From positions 42,651 through 106,650 of the IMG/VR virus record IMGVR_UViG_3300038345_000087: a stretch of 64,000 bases of DNA. The stretch is one strand, 5' to 3'. The notes below the pieces were generated by a model that saw nothing but the letters and a program-made list of their open reading frames with translations, ran no database searches and had not been told where the DNA came from. Below are positions 11,249 to 20,760 of the stretch, in pieces. The position numbers and the translations under genes are program-made. This DNA is from a virus. Lineage: Duplodnaviria > Caudoviricetes. Position 1 is the first letter of the stretch. Every line of letters begins with the position of its first letter.

Positions 11249-11521
11249 ATGAATACAGAAAAACTTTATTCTCGCGTCCTCGAAATTCTTATGGCGCGTT
11301 ATGACTCTCCATCCATGCCTCCGGCTTCGGAGATAACGATTGACAGTTCTCTTTCTGAGGATTTGGGTATGGAATCGCTCGACATCGTAGATTTCATCAT
11401 CGGCTGTGAGACGGCTTTCGACATCAAATTGGATATGGCCGACGCGAAGAATGTTCATACCATTCGTGATCTTATTGACTTTATTCTGGAAGTGAAGCCT
11501 TCGTTATGCAACCAACTTTAA
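11249..11521 (+). CDS. acpP: Acyl carrier protein
   Basis: 90 aa, acidic; LSEDLGMESLDIVDFI matches the phosphopantetheine-Ser motif; FDI and TIRDLIDFI. Confidence 0.9.
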   Translation: MNTEKLYSRVLEILMARYDSPSMPPASEITIDSSLSEDLGMESLDIVDFIIGCETAFDIKLDMADAKNVHTIRDLIDFILEVKPSLCNQL

Positions 11522-12876
11522 TCACAGGCATTGGCATCTGGTCCTGCATAGGGGAGAATCGTCAGATTGTGGAGCAATCATTACGTGCCGGACGTTCTGG
11601 CATTGGTACGGATTATCGGCGCACGGAATATGGCTATCAGTCGCCGCTCACGGGGGTTGTCCCAGAACCAGACCTGTCACATGAACCACTGCGTAATAGC
11701 CAACGCCGTTGCTTGGCTGAACAATCAGCTTATGCTTACTTTGCTGTGAAGGAGGCTATTGCTCAAGCGGGTCTCACACCTGAACAACTACGCCATGCCG
11801 CGCTTATCGTGAGTAATGACAGTTGTGCCGCTGCTGCCTCCGAAACGGAGGAGGTAATGGCCTTGCACCATGATAGCCGACGTTTGGGTGGTTTCCATGT
11901 GTTCAAGTCACTCAATAGTACAACGTCGATGTCATTGGCTTCGATCTTCGGAATTGGCGGATTGTCCCTCTCCCTCTCTGCCGCTTGTGCTGGTGGTGGC
12001 CATGCTATTGGTCTTGCACACTCTCTTATCAATGCCGGCGTGATAGATACGGCTATTGTTGTGGGTGCTCAGGAGGTGGGGCTTCATTCCTACACCGCCT
12101 TTGATGCACTTGGCGTATTCAGTAAAAACGTGGAAAATCCGTCGGGGGCTTCACGCCCATTTGATGTGCATCGTGACGGTCTTGTGCCTTCTGGTGGTGC
12201 TGCGTGTATCATATTGGAGTCCCGTGCGTCTTTCTCGTTTCGCCTTCCCCAAGTGGATTCTCCCTGTGCGCTCGCTGCTGTTGTTGGCTATGGTTTCTCG
12301 ACATCGCCCAATGTGGTATCTCCATCTTCAGAAAGCATCCTCGCGGCTATGAAGATGGCTATGGGATGTCACCACTTATCTGTCGCGGCTCACCTCTCTA
12401 CAATCTTTCCGCACGCAACATCTACACGCGATGGGGACCGTGCCGAAGCAGAAGCCATCACATCACTTCTTCAGTCCGTTCCAGATAATCCTCTCAGCAT
12501 CTATGCTTGTCTTGGAAATCAGCTTGTAGATCCTCATGCCTCATATAGCATGAATCCGTCAGAGATAGATGGTGTTTCTTCGTGTGGTGGTTTCATAAAA
12601 AAACCGTTAGTGATTCCAACTAAGGCTCTAACAGGCCATGAATGTTGGATGGCTGGTGTATCTCAGATAGTGTATGCTATAATCCAGTCGCAAGGCGGCT
12701 TCGCTACCCCGCACCCCAATTTATCAGAGAAAGACTTGGCAGCATCATCCTTGCACATTCCTACGGATTTGCAACAGTATGACCATACGCTCTTCCTTTG
12801 TAACGCATTTGGATTCGGAGGCACGAACTCTTCCCTCTTGCTTGCTGCACCATCCATGATACCATCTTTGGAATAG
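11506..12876 (+). CDS. Beta-ketoacyl-ACP synthase (FabB/FabF family)
   Basis: ITGIGI, catalytic Cys in SAACAGG, SRPFDVHRDG, His in HATST, His in KALTGHECW, NAFGFGGTN. Confidence 0.92.
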   Translation: MQPTLITGIGIWSCIGENRQIVEQSLRAGRSGIGTDYRRTEYGYQSPLTGVVPEPDLSHEPLRNSQRRCLAEQSAYAYFAVKEAIAQAGLTPEQLRHAALIVSNDSCAAAASETEEVMALHHDSRRLGGFHVFKSLNSTTSMSLASIFGIGGLSLSLSAACAGGGHAIGLAHSLINAGVIDTAIVVGAQEVGLHSYTAFDALGVFSKNVENPSGASRPFDVHRDGLVPSGGAACIILESRASFSFRLPQVDSPCALAAVVGYGFSTSPNVVSPSSESILAAMKMAMGCHHLSVAAHLSTIFPHATSTRDGDRAEAEAITSLLQSVPDNPLSIYACLGNQLVDPHASYSMNPSEIDGVSSCGGFIKKPLVIPTKALTGHECWMAGVSQIVYAIIQSQGGFATPHPNLSEKDLAASSLHIPTDLQQYDHTLFLCNAFGFGGTNSSLLLAAPSMIPSLE

Positions 12877-12912
12877 GGTAGTGCGCATATATGGTGTTTC
12901 TCTGTCTTGTAT

Positions 12913-12944
12913 GCCGCCGTAACGCGGCGGCTGGTATCTTTTTT
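12913..12944 (+). terminator. Intrinsic terminator after KS
   Basis: gccgccg-taacg-cggcggc stem, T-run begins 7 nt later. Confidence 0.55.
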
Positions 12945-13816
12945 CAATCTTCTTATTCGTCGGATTTCATTCGGAGGCTGCCGTCAGGCACGCCTCCGCC
13001 AAAGGTATCTAAACCCACATCGCGCCAGCCTAAACATAAGAGACGCGCTTTTCTTTCTCTTGTATAGAGAAAGGCGCATAATACCCCAATTTAATTCGGG
13101 TACAAAATTACAATTATTTTTTCGCCCCGCCAAACATTTCTGGAGAAATCTTCTGTTTGGACTTCATTTTGTGTTCTTTTTCCCCGAAAAGACGCTAAAA
13201 GTCCCCAAAAGGATGGTATCATTGTCGCTGAAAATCCCTCAGATAACGCTTTTTCCGCATGATTTCGCCCGTCAAAAGGAGAAAATGATGGATTTTTCCA
13301 TACCTCCCAAATTATTTTGCGTCAGAATCTTCTTAGGGGAACGGGGAAACCCCGTACCTCAAAAGTAATTGAGCAATAATGCGAAAGCTCTGCTTTCTTC
13401 TTTGTTGTTCAGTAAGTTATGTGGAGGAAATATGAAAGCAACAATGTGGGCGAATTTGGTTTTTTGTGCCTTTTTCCTCTAATTCATTTTTTCTCATGTA
13501 TGCGTAATGTTATTGAAAAAGAGGGTAAAATAACTTTTTACCTATAAATATAGTTGTATTCCAGATAGTTTCCATAATTTAATTTTCTCTTTTCTCCGAC
13601 TTTTCCCATCTTTTTACAACTTTACACTTGGTAAAAATCATCACCGAAATCGGTTGTAGTCATAGTTGCAAGGAAAAAAGAAGAGTCAAGGGATAAATCT
13701 GTTTCTGATGAATGGTGAAATAACTTTCTTTCCCCGAAAATGGATGCCAAAACCCGAAAATAAAGCTCTGAAGTGTTAAAAATTAGCCATAAATCAGAAT
13801 AAAACCGCGAAATTGT

Positions 13817-13847
13817 TTTGTAAATCCAAATAAAACCTTTATTTTTG
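13817..13847 (+). promoter_or_regulatory. Host-type Bacteroidetes promoter for the early block
   Basis: TTTG (13817-20), 19-nt spacer, TATTTTTG (13840-47): canonical -33/-7 arrangement. Confidence 0.75.
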
Positions 13848-13881
13848 CACTTGAAATCAGTAATTCAAACAGATTAAAACA

Positions 13882-14271
13882 ATGTATAAGTATTTTTTCG
13901 TCCTAAATTGGCTAATACTTGGAATGGTCGTGCTTATCTATAATCAGATCGTTCCCTTGTTGCATGGGTATAGTGTACTCGCAGGATCCATATTCGCGGC
14001 GATGCTTTCTGGTGGATTGGTGTCGTGGCAGTTCTTCCGTGACAGTGATTCCGAAAAGGAGTGGAAATGGCGTAAACGCTATTTCCAAAAGGACTACGGA
14101 ATCGAAGTGTCCGTTCAGGCGATTATAGCTGTTATCGGACTTGGGCTTTGTTGCTTGATATGGTCGAAGCTGCATGTCATTACTGGATTTGCCGTCACCT
14201 ATTGTTTTAATGTCCTTATAGAATGGGGTTGGGCTAAGGCTCATCATTGGGGTAAATACGCCCGTCACTGA
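13882..14271 (+). CDS. Membrane protein, about 4 TM segments
   Basis: Four hydrophobic stretches; first gene after the early promoter. Confidence 0.65.
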   Translation: MYKYFFVLNWLILGMVVLIYNQIVPLLHGYSVLAGSIFAAMLSGGLVSWQFFRDSDSEKEWKWRKRYFQKDYGIEVSVQAIIAVIGLGLCCLIWSKLHVITGFAVTYCFNVLIEWGWAKAHHWGKYARH

Positions 14272-14292
14272 TATACATATATATAATAAGGT

Positions 14293-15303
14293 ATGTTCAA
14301 CGTCCTTTGTTCCATATATACAGATGCCCATGACAACAGTGGTCGCTTTGTTGACCGCGAGACGGGCGAGGTCATTCAGCAGATGACCATACACGACTTC
14401 TGCCTCACAGACAGATGGAAGCCGGTGGTGGACCAGCTGCGTGGGATGGTGGCGCAATATGGGGCAAAGGCAGCGAAGGCCCGTGATGAATACAAACAGA
14501 CTAAAACGCTACTCCCTGGGGCTACGTTATCTGGTCTCTTTGAACTGCGTGAGGTGGAAACGGAGAAGGTGAATAAGCGTACAGGGGAGGTATTCATGGC
14601 GAAGGAATGGGTGTCACGTCGCACGGCACATCTACTCCAGCATACAGGCTTCCTTTGTATAGACATTGACCTTCAGGACAATCAGAGTCTTGCGGATATG
14701 AAGATTATCCTACGTACACTTCGACATCGGCCAGAAGTGGCTCTTTTGATGCAGTCGTGCTCTGGTACAGGTTATTTCGCTCTTATTCCATTGGCTTATC
14801 CGCAATATCATAAAGAACATTTCCGTGCTCTCCTTCGTGATTATGCCGCTCTTGGCATCAAAATAGACAAACAATGTGGTGATGTTACCCGCATTCGATT
14901 TGCCTCTTATGATGCAGATCCTTATATAAACAGCAATGCGATTCCATACTCAGGTATAGACCTCGGACAACAGATGTTGGCACCAAAGGCAGCGGTCTAT
15001 TCGCCTCGTTCTGAAAGTACGGATGACCTGGTGAATAAGGTGGGTATTCTTGTGGAGAAACTGGAACGGCATCATGTAGATATCACTAACGATTACGGCG
15101 ACTGGTTTCGGGTAGGTTTCTCGCTGGCGAACCTTCCAGAACCTTGGGGCCGTCAATTCTTTCATCGGGTTTCGGCCATCTGTGAGAAATACAATCCATC
15201 CATTTGTGATCAGAAGTTTAATACGCTTCAGCAACCAGATCGTATAGGCATTGGTACGTTTTTCTCCATCTGCGCTGACTATGGCATAACACTTAAAAGT
15301 TAA
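14293..15303 (+). CDS. Primase-like protein (BT4734/VirE N-terminal domain plus PriCT-2)
   Basis: KTLLPGATLSG, HTGFLCIDID, SCSGTG, DVTRIRFASYD; C-terminal YGDWFRVGFSLA...FHRVS...KY. Confidence 0.8.
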   Translation: MFNVLCSIYTDAHDNSGRFVDRETGEVIQQMTIHDFCLTDRWKPVVDQLRGMVAQYGAKAAKARDEYKQTKTLLPGATLSGLFELREVETEKVNKRTGEVFMAKEWVSRRTAHLLQHTGFLCIDIDLQDNQSLADMKIILRTLRHRPEVALLMQSCSGTGYFALIPLAYPQYHKEHFRALLRDYAALGIKIDKQCGDVTRIRFASYDADPYINSNAIPYSGIDLGQQMLAPKAAVYSPRSESTDDLVNKVGILVEKLERHHVDITNDYGDWFRVGFSLANLPEPWGRQFFHRVSAICEKYNPSICDQKFNTLQQPDRIGIGTFFSICADYGITLKS

Positions 15304-15323
15304 TTATAACTCTCAATTTATAT

Positions 15324-16208
15324 ATGAAAACAATTACACCATCTGCCGAATTATGGCAACAACCTGAAGATTGGCATGAACATGTGGCTCGCTGTGCTCG
15401 TGTTTGCTATGCTTCTGAAACAGGCTCTCTCACACCTGAAGTGTTCTGTGACTCACTCATCAAGAAAGTCCACCTTTCAATGTTTCGTCATGCCAGTCGA
15501 TATTTTGTGTTCATGGTGGAGAATGTTGAACCGAAGTTCCCACAATGGATTTGTAATGTACTCACTAATTCTCCATTCGTCGCTTGTGTCTATAAGAAGA
15601 TAAAGCACCAAGGACGTATTTATTTCGTATCGACTAATGAACAGTTCCTTATGGAGCACCCGAAGTATTTTGAGGAACTTCGGGGCTATGAGGTAACGGT
15701 AAGTGATTTCGTACAGAAGGTAGAGGAACATAGTTTTCCTATGGCTCTTAACGTACTTCGTTATACAGTCTGTGTGACAACACAGATATCTACTTCTCGC
15801 GAATTGAATCGTACTTCACCAAACAACATCGCGGAACAGTCAACGCGCTTCGTGAACTTCGGTAAGAAGGGTGGTATCACCATTTGTACGCCGCATTGGT
15901 TCCAGTGTGCTCATTGGTCTAAAAGACTGTTGGCACATGTCACATGGAAACTCGGCGAATGTGCCTATAATTTTGCTATTCGTCTCGGATTGCCGGCACA
16001 AGATGCCCGTGGATTCCTGCCGCTTGATACGGCTACACGTGTGGTATATACTTATTCAGTTTTTGAGTGGAAGCACATTATGGGACTTCGCCTCGTTGGT
16101 TCGACGGGCAAACCACATCCAAACGCTCAAATAGCTGCACAACTGATACACGATGCGATAATTCCCGTAATGCGTATCTATGGAGGAGAAAAGGCCAAAT
16201 TAGTATAA
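15324..16208 (+). CDS. thyX: FAD-dependent thymidylate synthase
   Basis: ARVCYAS, HLSMFRH, SRELNR...EQSTRF, QDARGFLP, EWKHIMGLR...HP. Confidence 0.82.
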   Translation: MKTITPSAELWQQPEDWHEHVARCARVCYASETGSLTPEVFCDSLIKKVHLSMFRHASRYFVFMVENVEPKFPQWICNVLTNSPFVACVYKKIKHQGRIYFVSTNEQFLMEHPKYFEELRGYEVTVSDFVQKVEEHSFPMALNVLRYTVCVTTQISTSRELNRTSPNNIAEQSTRFVNFGKKGGITICTPHWFQCAHWSKRLLAHVTWKLGECAYNFAIRLGLPAQDARGFLPLDTATRVVYTYSVFEWKHIMGLRLVGSTGKPHPNAQIAAQLIHDAIIPVMRIYGGEKAKLV

Positions 16209-16227
16209 CTTTTAATTCAATAAACAA

Positions 16228-16782
16228 ATGAAAACATTTCTCTACATTCTAAAATCTCTGCTTATTGCAGTTGTTGTGATCGTCGCTGTGATGGTCTCTG
16301 AACATTTCCTTGGTCACATGTGGACGGAAGCCATTTTGTTGATTCTCTTGTTGACGATGATTGTATTTGATGTAACCCGTAAAAAGGAGAAACATAATTT
16401 ATCCATTACGATTCACAAGCAGGAGGTGACAACAGAAGGGATTTTGGCTTTTCTTGAAGAGATAGGCAATGATAAAGCCATATCTATTCTTGACAAAGTG
16501 GATAGTTGTATTCAACCTCCATTCGCTGAACTCAATCCAGAACAACAGGTGATGAAGTCTGAGGAGAATGCTATCCGCACTCGACTTCGTGAAACGCTGA
16601 AATTCCTGTCCTCTGACACCTTCAAGTCTTGGTCTGATGAAAAGCAGATGGCACTACGCCGTCAGGTGGGTGCTATGATTTTGTATCATGGCACGCTGTA
16701 TAATCGCTGCACCGACGAAGGGGTACTTATTGAAAGAAAAGAAGAAACTACCGTATCTGCTGATGCGGATAAAGAAGAGTAG
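16228..16782 (+). CDS. Membrane-anchored hypothetical protein
   Basis: Two N-terminal TM segments; helical C-terminus (LRRQVGAMILYHGTLYNR) resembling small conserved phage domains. Confidence 0.6.
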   Translation: MKTFLYILKSLLIAVVVIVAVMVSEHFLGHMWTEAILLILLLTMIVFDVTRKKEKHNLSITIHKQEVTTEGILAFLEEIGNDKAISILDKVDSCIQPPFAELNPEQQVMKSEENAIRTRLRETLKFLSSDTFKSWSDEKQMALRRQVGAMILYHGTLYNRCTDEGVLIERKEETTVSADADKEE

Positions 16783-16786
16783 TAGA

Positions 16787-17362
16787 ATGATTACCATGTG
16801 TCTTGATTGGCGCGATTTCCTCTGCGCCGTGGAGGGTTTCGCGGGCGGTTCTCACCTTCGTCAACACATCTGGCATGAGATAGTAGTTCGTTATATCAAA
16901 CAGATGGATGACTTGGAGCGTGATACGTTATGGTTCTTCTTCCGGCGTGACATTTGGCCTCTTTATTTTGAGAGTGAATTTCACTCGTGTGGTGACAAAG
17001 ATTTCCTTCAATGTATGGCGGCGATGCACCGTGGCAATTATCGCACTATTCGTTTCTGTGAAAACGGAAAGAAAAATGGTAAAAGACATGATCAGAGGTG
17101 CTATCGATTTCAGAATGAATGGCGCGTGGAAAACTCGTTCACGGGTTTCATTCCTGAGAGTTGGATAGTGAAGGTTTCTGACCCTAATCCTGTGCTTGAG
17201 CCGTTGTATATTGAACAGGGTAAAGAGCATTGGTGGAGGGATCTCGAAGTGTATAATACCAACCCTGATGACGTGCGAATACAGACGATGATGGAGGTGA
17301 AAAGACATCATCAATCAAGATTGAACAACTATGTCAAAGAGGTTGATTCTAAAGGCATCTGA
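16787..17362 (+). CDS. Hypothetical protein
   Basis: Tightly packed ORF, ATG at 16787. Confidence 0.6.
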   Translation: MITMCLDWRDFLCAVEGFAGGSHLRQHIWHEIVVRYIKQMDDLERDTLWFFFRRDIWPLYFESEFHSCGDKDFLQCMAAMHRGNYRTIRFCENGKKNGKRHDQRCYRFQNEWRVENSFTGFIPESWIVKVSDPNPVLEPLYIEQGKEHWWRDLEVYNTNPDDVRIQTMMEVKRHHQSRLNNYVKEVDSKGI

Positions 17363-17558
17363 ATGTAAATGCTGCATTTGTGGTAACGCGGCTGTGGCGT
17401 TTTGGCCGAATATCGACCCCGACATTCCATCACATCCGTATTGCCGCAAATGCCTCGATGAGCAACAAATCCAGATGCTTACAGCTACATTTTGCGAAGG
17501 TGACGAAAAAGCAGCTCGCGCAATGCACAAAGCCTTACAAAAAGACAAACAACGATAA
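17331..17558 (+). CDS. Small Zn-finger-like protein
   Basis: CCICG...YCRKC. Confidence 0.55.
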   Translation: MSKRLILKASECKCCICGNAAVAFWPNIDPDIPSHPYCRKCLDEQQIQMLTATFCEGDEKAARAMHKALQKDKQR

Positions 17559-18421
17559 TGACTGTTATTAAGACTACAACACCCATCGCACGCAATGATT
17601 ACACTTGTGATCTGTGCCATCAACAAATTCCGCATGGCACACGATATAAGTGTGTTATTCTGCGTGCAGATGGCCGTCTCGTAACTCAGCACGTTCATCA
17701 GACATGTCCTGCCACGGTGTCAGAAGCATCATCTTCTGGTGTCGTTTCTAATAATCCGCGTCAAACAGCTCCTCTGTTTATCCAGGGGGGGCATACTCCA
17801 GAAGATATTTTTCGCCAACAAATACACGCAGACGTTCAGGCACGCCTCCATAAGTTTACCCGTGAGGAGAACTTACTGATAGCGTATGCGCCACTGGTTA
17901 TTACTGAACTCTCTTGGAGGTTCGCTTTTAAGACTGTTGAATTGGCAGCTCACTATCGTATCTCTGAATTGAAAAAACTGTCACGTACCGTCAAGATGAT
18001 GTTCGAGAAACAGAGGGGGCAATATCTTAAAGACCTCAAACCGTCACATATCAAGCAAATAGAGACACAGACGGACAGATTCATGCAACTGTCATCCTCA
18101 GATCTTACCATCCTATATTTCTCTATCAATAACGAACTTAAAAAGAAGTTTCCAGATCTCTCTTACCTCGATCTGAGAACGGAGGCATGTCGAGCGATGG
18201 TGATGCTGAAGTTTCATAAAGAACATCAGAGAAAAATGGATGCGCTCATTAAGGAGCGTATGGGATATGTCAATCACTATGCAACACCCATACATGATGC
18301 TCTTTATGATGCAATGGATGCCTACGCCGATCCTGCTACTGTTGATTTCTCTGGCCATGTGGCCACATCTATGAAAATCTTACAGAAAAATATAGGTCAA
18401 ATGGACTTTAAGACGTTCTGA
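17558..18421 (+). CDS. Hypothetical protein with N-terminal Cys/His motif
   Basis: ARNDYTCDLC...HQTC; overlapping start/stop with upstream ORF. Confidence 0.6.
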   Translation: MTVIKTTTPIARNDYTCDLCHQQIPHGTRYKCVILRADGRLVTQHVHQTCPATVSEASSSGVVSNNPRQTAPLFIQGGHTPEDIFRQQIHADVQARLHKFTREENLLIAYAPLVITELSWRFAFKTVELAAHYRISELKKLSRTVKMMFEKQRGQYLKDLKPSHIKQIETQTDRFMQLSSSDLTILYFSINNELKKKFPDLSYLDLRTEACRAMVMLKFHKEHQRKMDALIKERMGYVNHYATPIHDALYDAMDAYADPATVDFSGHVATSMKILQKNIGQMDFKTF

Positions 18422-18464
18422 CACTATCGCATGATAATAATAGTTATGTTTAATAGGACGAAAA

Positions 18465-19283
18465 ATGAGTAAAAAGAAAGGTATTATATATCGGCCTGAT
18501 GGCCCTGCCCTCGAATACTCTCCGTGGGGATGCAATCTCTATCGAGGTTGTTCGCATGGTTGCACCTACTGTTATCTTAAACGTGGCTTCCTGAAGAAGT
18601 CTCTTGGTGGCAATACTCCGATTTTGGAAAAGAAGGCAGGACGTACACCGGCTGAAGCATTCCAGAACTTCCGAAAGGAATTGGACGCTAATCGCGTCTC
18701 TATCATCGCTGATGGTGGCATTTTCTTCTCTTTTGCTACTGATCCCATGTTACACGAGACGATCGACCTCACGCTTCAATGTGCATCTTATGCGATGTCT
18801 CATGGCGTGCCTGTTCAAATACTCACGAAGGCTACTTGGTGGGCTAAGGATCACATGCTTTTGAGCAATCTCTTTATCTATCGCCATCTGCTTCGTATTG
18901 GCTTCACGCTGACAGGCCATGATGAAAAGGAACCTGGTGCTCCATCAAACCGCGAGCGCATTGAGGTTATGCGTAAGTTGCATGATATTAAAATCACCAC
19001 CTTCGCATCCATTGAGCCGGTCATAGACTTCGTGGCTTCTCTCGAAATGATTTTTGCCATTAAGGATATTTGCCCTGAAATCCGTATCGGATTACTTTCT
19101 CCATACTCTCCTAAACGCTACGATTGGAACCAATGTGACCGTTTTGTGGATAAGGTGACAGAGGTGGCCAACTATGAAGGGATTACTGTTCATTGGAAGG
19201 AATCTATTAACCGCTTCTATCGTGAAGCAAATCCTGAACATCTACATGCAGATAAAAGTATTACATCTGGTTCTACGATATAA
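18465..19283 (+). CDS. Radical SAM protein (SPL-like family)
   Basis: CSHGCTYC CxxxCxxC motif, FATDP, ILTK, EPGAPS..ERI, SIEPVI. Confidence 0.85.
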   Translation: MSKKKGIIYRPDGPALEYSPWGCNLYRGCSHGCTYCYLKRGFLKKSLGGNTPILEKKAGRTPAEAFQNFRKELDANRVSIIADGGIFFSFATDPMLHETIDLTLQCASYAMSHGVPVQILTKATWWAKDHMLLSNLFIYRHLLRIGFTLTGHDEKEPGAPSNRERIEVMRKLHDIKITTFASIEPVIDFVASLEMIFAIKDICPEIRIGLLSPYSPKRYDWNQCDRFVDKVTEVANYEGITVHWKESINRFYREANPEHLHADKSITSGSTI

Positions 19284-19578
19284 GTGGTATGATATGATAG
19301 CCGATGGCATCAAGAAAGAGGAATACCGCCGCATGACTCCTTATTGGATAAAGCGTTTGGTACAAAATGCCACGATTGAAGGTGATACCAATGTCATTAC
19401 TTTTAAGCCATACACACATGTCTGCTTCCATCGGGCTTATACCTCTACAACGATGTTATTTGAACTGGATGGATTGGGCGTAGGTTATGGAAAGCCGGAA
19501 TGGGGAGCGAAAGACGAACGTACTTTCATCTTACGACTCGGAAAACAAGAACATTGTATTTGGAAATACATAAAATGA
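19246..19578 (+). CDS. ASCH/PUA-like domain protein
   Basis: LHLVLRYKWYDMIADGIKKEEYR...PYWIKRL...GKPEWGA. Confidence 0.7.
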   Translation: MQIKVLHLVLRYKWYDMIADGIKKEEYRRMTPYWIKRLVQNATIEGDTNVITFKPYTHVCFHRAYTSTTMLFELDGLGVGYGKPEWGAKDERTFILRLGKQEHCIWKYIK

Positions 19579-19985
19579 AACAACCACGTATCTACATATC
19601 AGGTCCTATCACAGGACACAGTGACTATAAAGAACGCTTTGCTGAAGCAGCTGATACGTTACGTAAGGCTGGATGGGTGAAACCTGTCAATCCTACGACG
19701 ATGTTCGGCTGGTTCCAACCTGTTTTCAACAGACTACCTTATCGGCTTCAGGTGTTCATTGATTGTATGGTGCTCTCTACGTGTAAAGGCATCTATTTGA
19801 TGTCGGATTACAATTTGTCTCGTGGTGCCCGTCTTGAAAAGGCTGTGGCAGAGTTCTTGCAACTATCCATATATGAGCAAAGGCTTAATAATCCTTTCTC
19901 GCCTCTAATCAAGTCTTTTGTTGATATGGGAGAGCAAATGTCACGATTTAGTTCAATCTGTTGCGGTGCATTCGCAACCAAATAA
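19575..19985 (+). CDS. DUF4406-like protein (nucleoside deoxyribosyltransferase-like fold)
   Basis: IYISGPITG...F..AA..L...VNP...IYLM..Y..SRGARLEKAVA. Confidence 0.75.
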   Translation: MKQPRIYISGPITGHSDYKERFAEAADTLRKAGWVKPVNPTTMFGWFQPVFNRLPYRLQVFIDCMVLSTCKGIYLMSDYNLSRGARLEKAVAEFLQLSIYEQRLNNPFSPLIKSFVDMGEQMSRFSSICCGAFATK

Positions 19986-20007
19986 TAAATAAACAAAATT
20001 TCAAATT

Positions 20008-20514
20008 ATGGGTAAACAAAATCTTTCCATCATGGACCGCATCAAGACTTTCGAGGATGCTGTCAAGGAATTGGGTGAAAAGCACCCCGCCGTATGTGAG
20101 TACAATGCCATCGTTTCCGCCGGTCTTGAAACGTCTATGTCTCCTGACATTCTCGCATACTTCAAACTTCGTATCATCACCGCCGCACTCAATGATGGCT
20201 GGGAGCCTCAGTTTACGGTGGGTGAATATCGCTATTGGCCGTGGTTCTGGCTCTATACACAAGAGGAAGTGGATGCTATGACCGAAGCGGAGCGTTCTGA
20301 GCTGCTGTACGTCGGGGGTTACGCGTCTGACGGTGCGCTATGCGGTATTTCGTATGCGAACTCGATTTACGCTTTCTCGCTCTCGGACGCGGTCATCGGT
20401 GCTCGTCTGGCCTTCAAATCTCAGGAACTCGCGAAGTACGCTGGTCGCCAGTTCATAGAACTGTGGTCTGATTTTTCGTTCAAACCTGTTGACGGGCATG
20501 GCAAAGAAGAATAA
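20008..20514 (+). CDS. Remote DGR target protein 2 (168 aa)
   Basis: Contains VR2 in frame near the C-terminus, ending IGARLAF. Confidence 0.9.
   Translation: MGKQNLSIMDRIKTFEDAVKELGEKHPAVCEYNAIVSAGLETSMSPDILAYFKLRIITAALNDGWEPQFTVGEYRYWPWFWLYTQEEVDAMTEAERSELLYVGGYASDGALCGISYANSIYAFSLSDAVIGARLAFKSQELAKYAGRQFIELWSDFSFKPVDGHGKEE
20299..20409 (+). repeat. DGR variable repeat VR2
   Basis: 111 nt ungapped match to TR; 14 mismatches, all at TR adenines. Confidence 0.95.
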
Positions 20515-20758
20515 CAATAAGCCGCTTGACCAGAAGGCAATTCTCTTACGAGAAATATCAGAGGTTTTCAAACGCCATCAGGCAGATCCTAATATGTCTG
20601 TTGAGGTTTTGGGAGAAATGATGATGCACGTGTTCGTCGCGATGCAAACTTTCACTCCTGATGACATCACTCCTCATATCCTGGCCTTCTTTGACACCAT
20701 GAAGGATAAAGCCTCAGAGGTGTTATCACAAGTTCTGGCGGATAGAAACAAGAATTGA
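20498..20758 (+). CDS. Hypothetical protein
   Basis: Packed ORF. Confidence 0.55.
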   Translation: MAKKNNNKPLDQKAILLREISEVFKRHQADPNMSVEVLGEMMMHVFVAMQTFTPDDITPHILAFFDTMKDKASEVLSQVLADRNKN

Positions 20759-20760
20759 CT

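Noticed and set aside
12907-13368. 153-aa ORF after KS
   Set aside because: Spans a terminator; Phe/Arg/Lys-rich translation typical of AT-rich non-coding DNA; TTG start.
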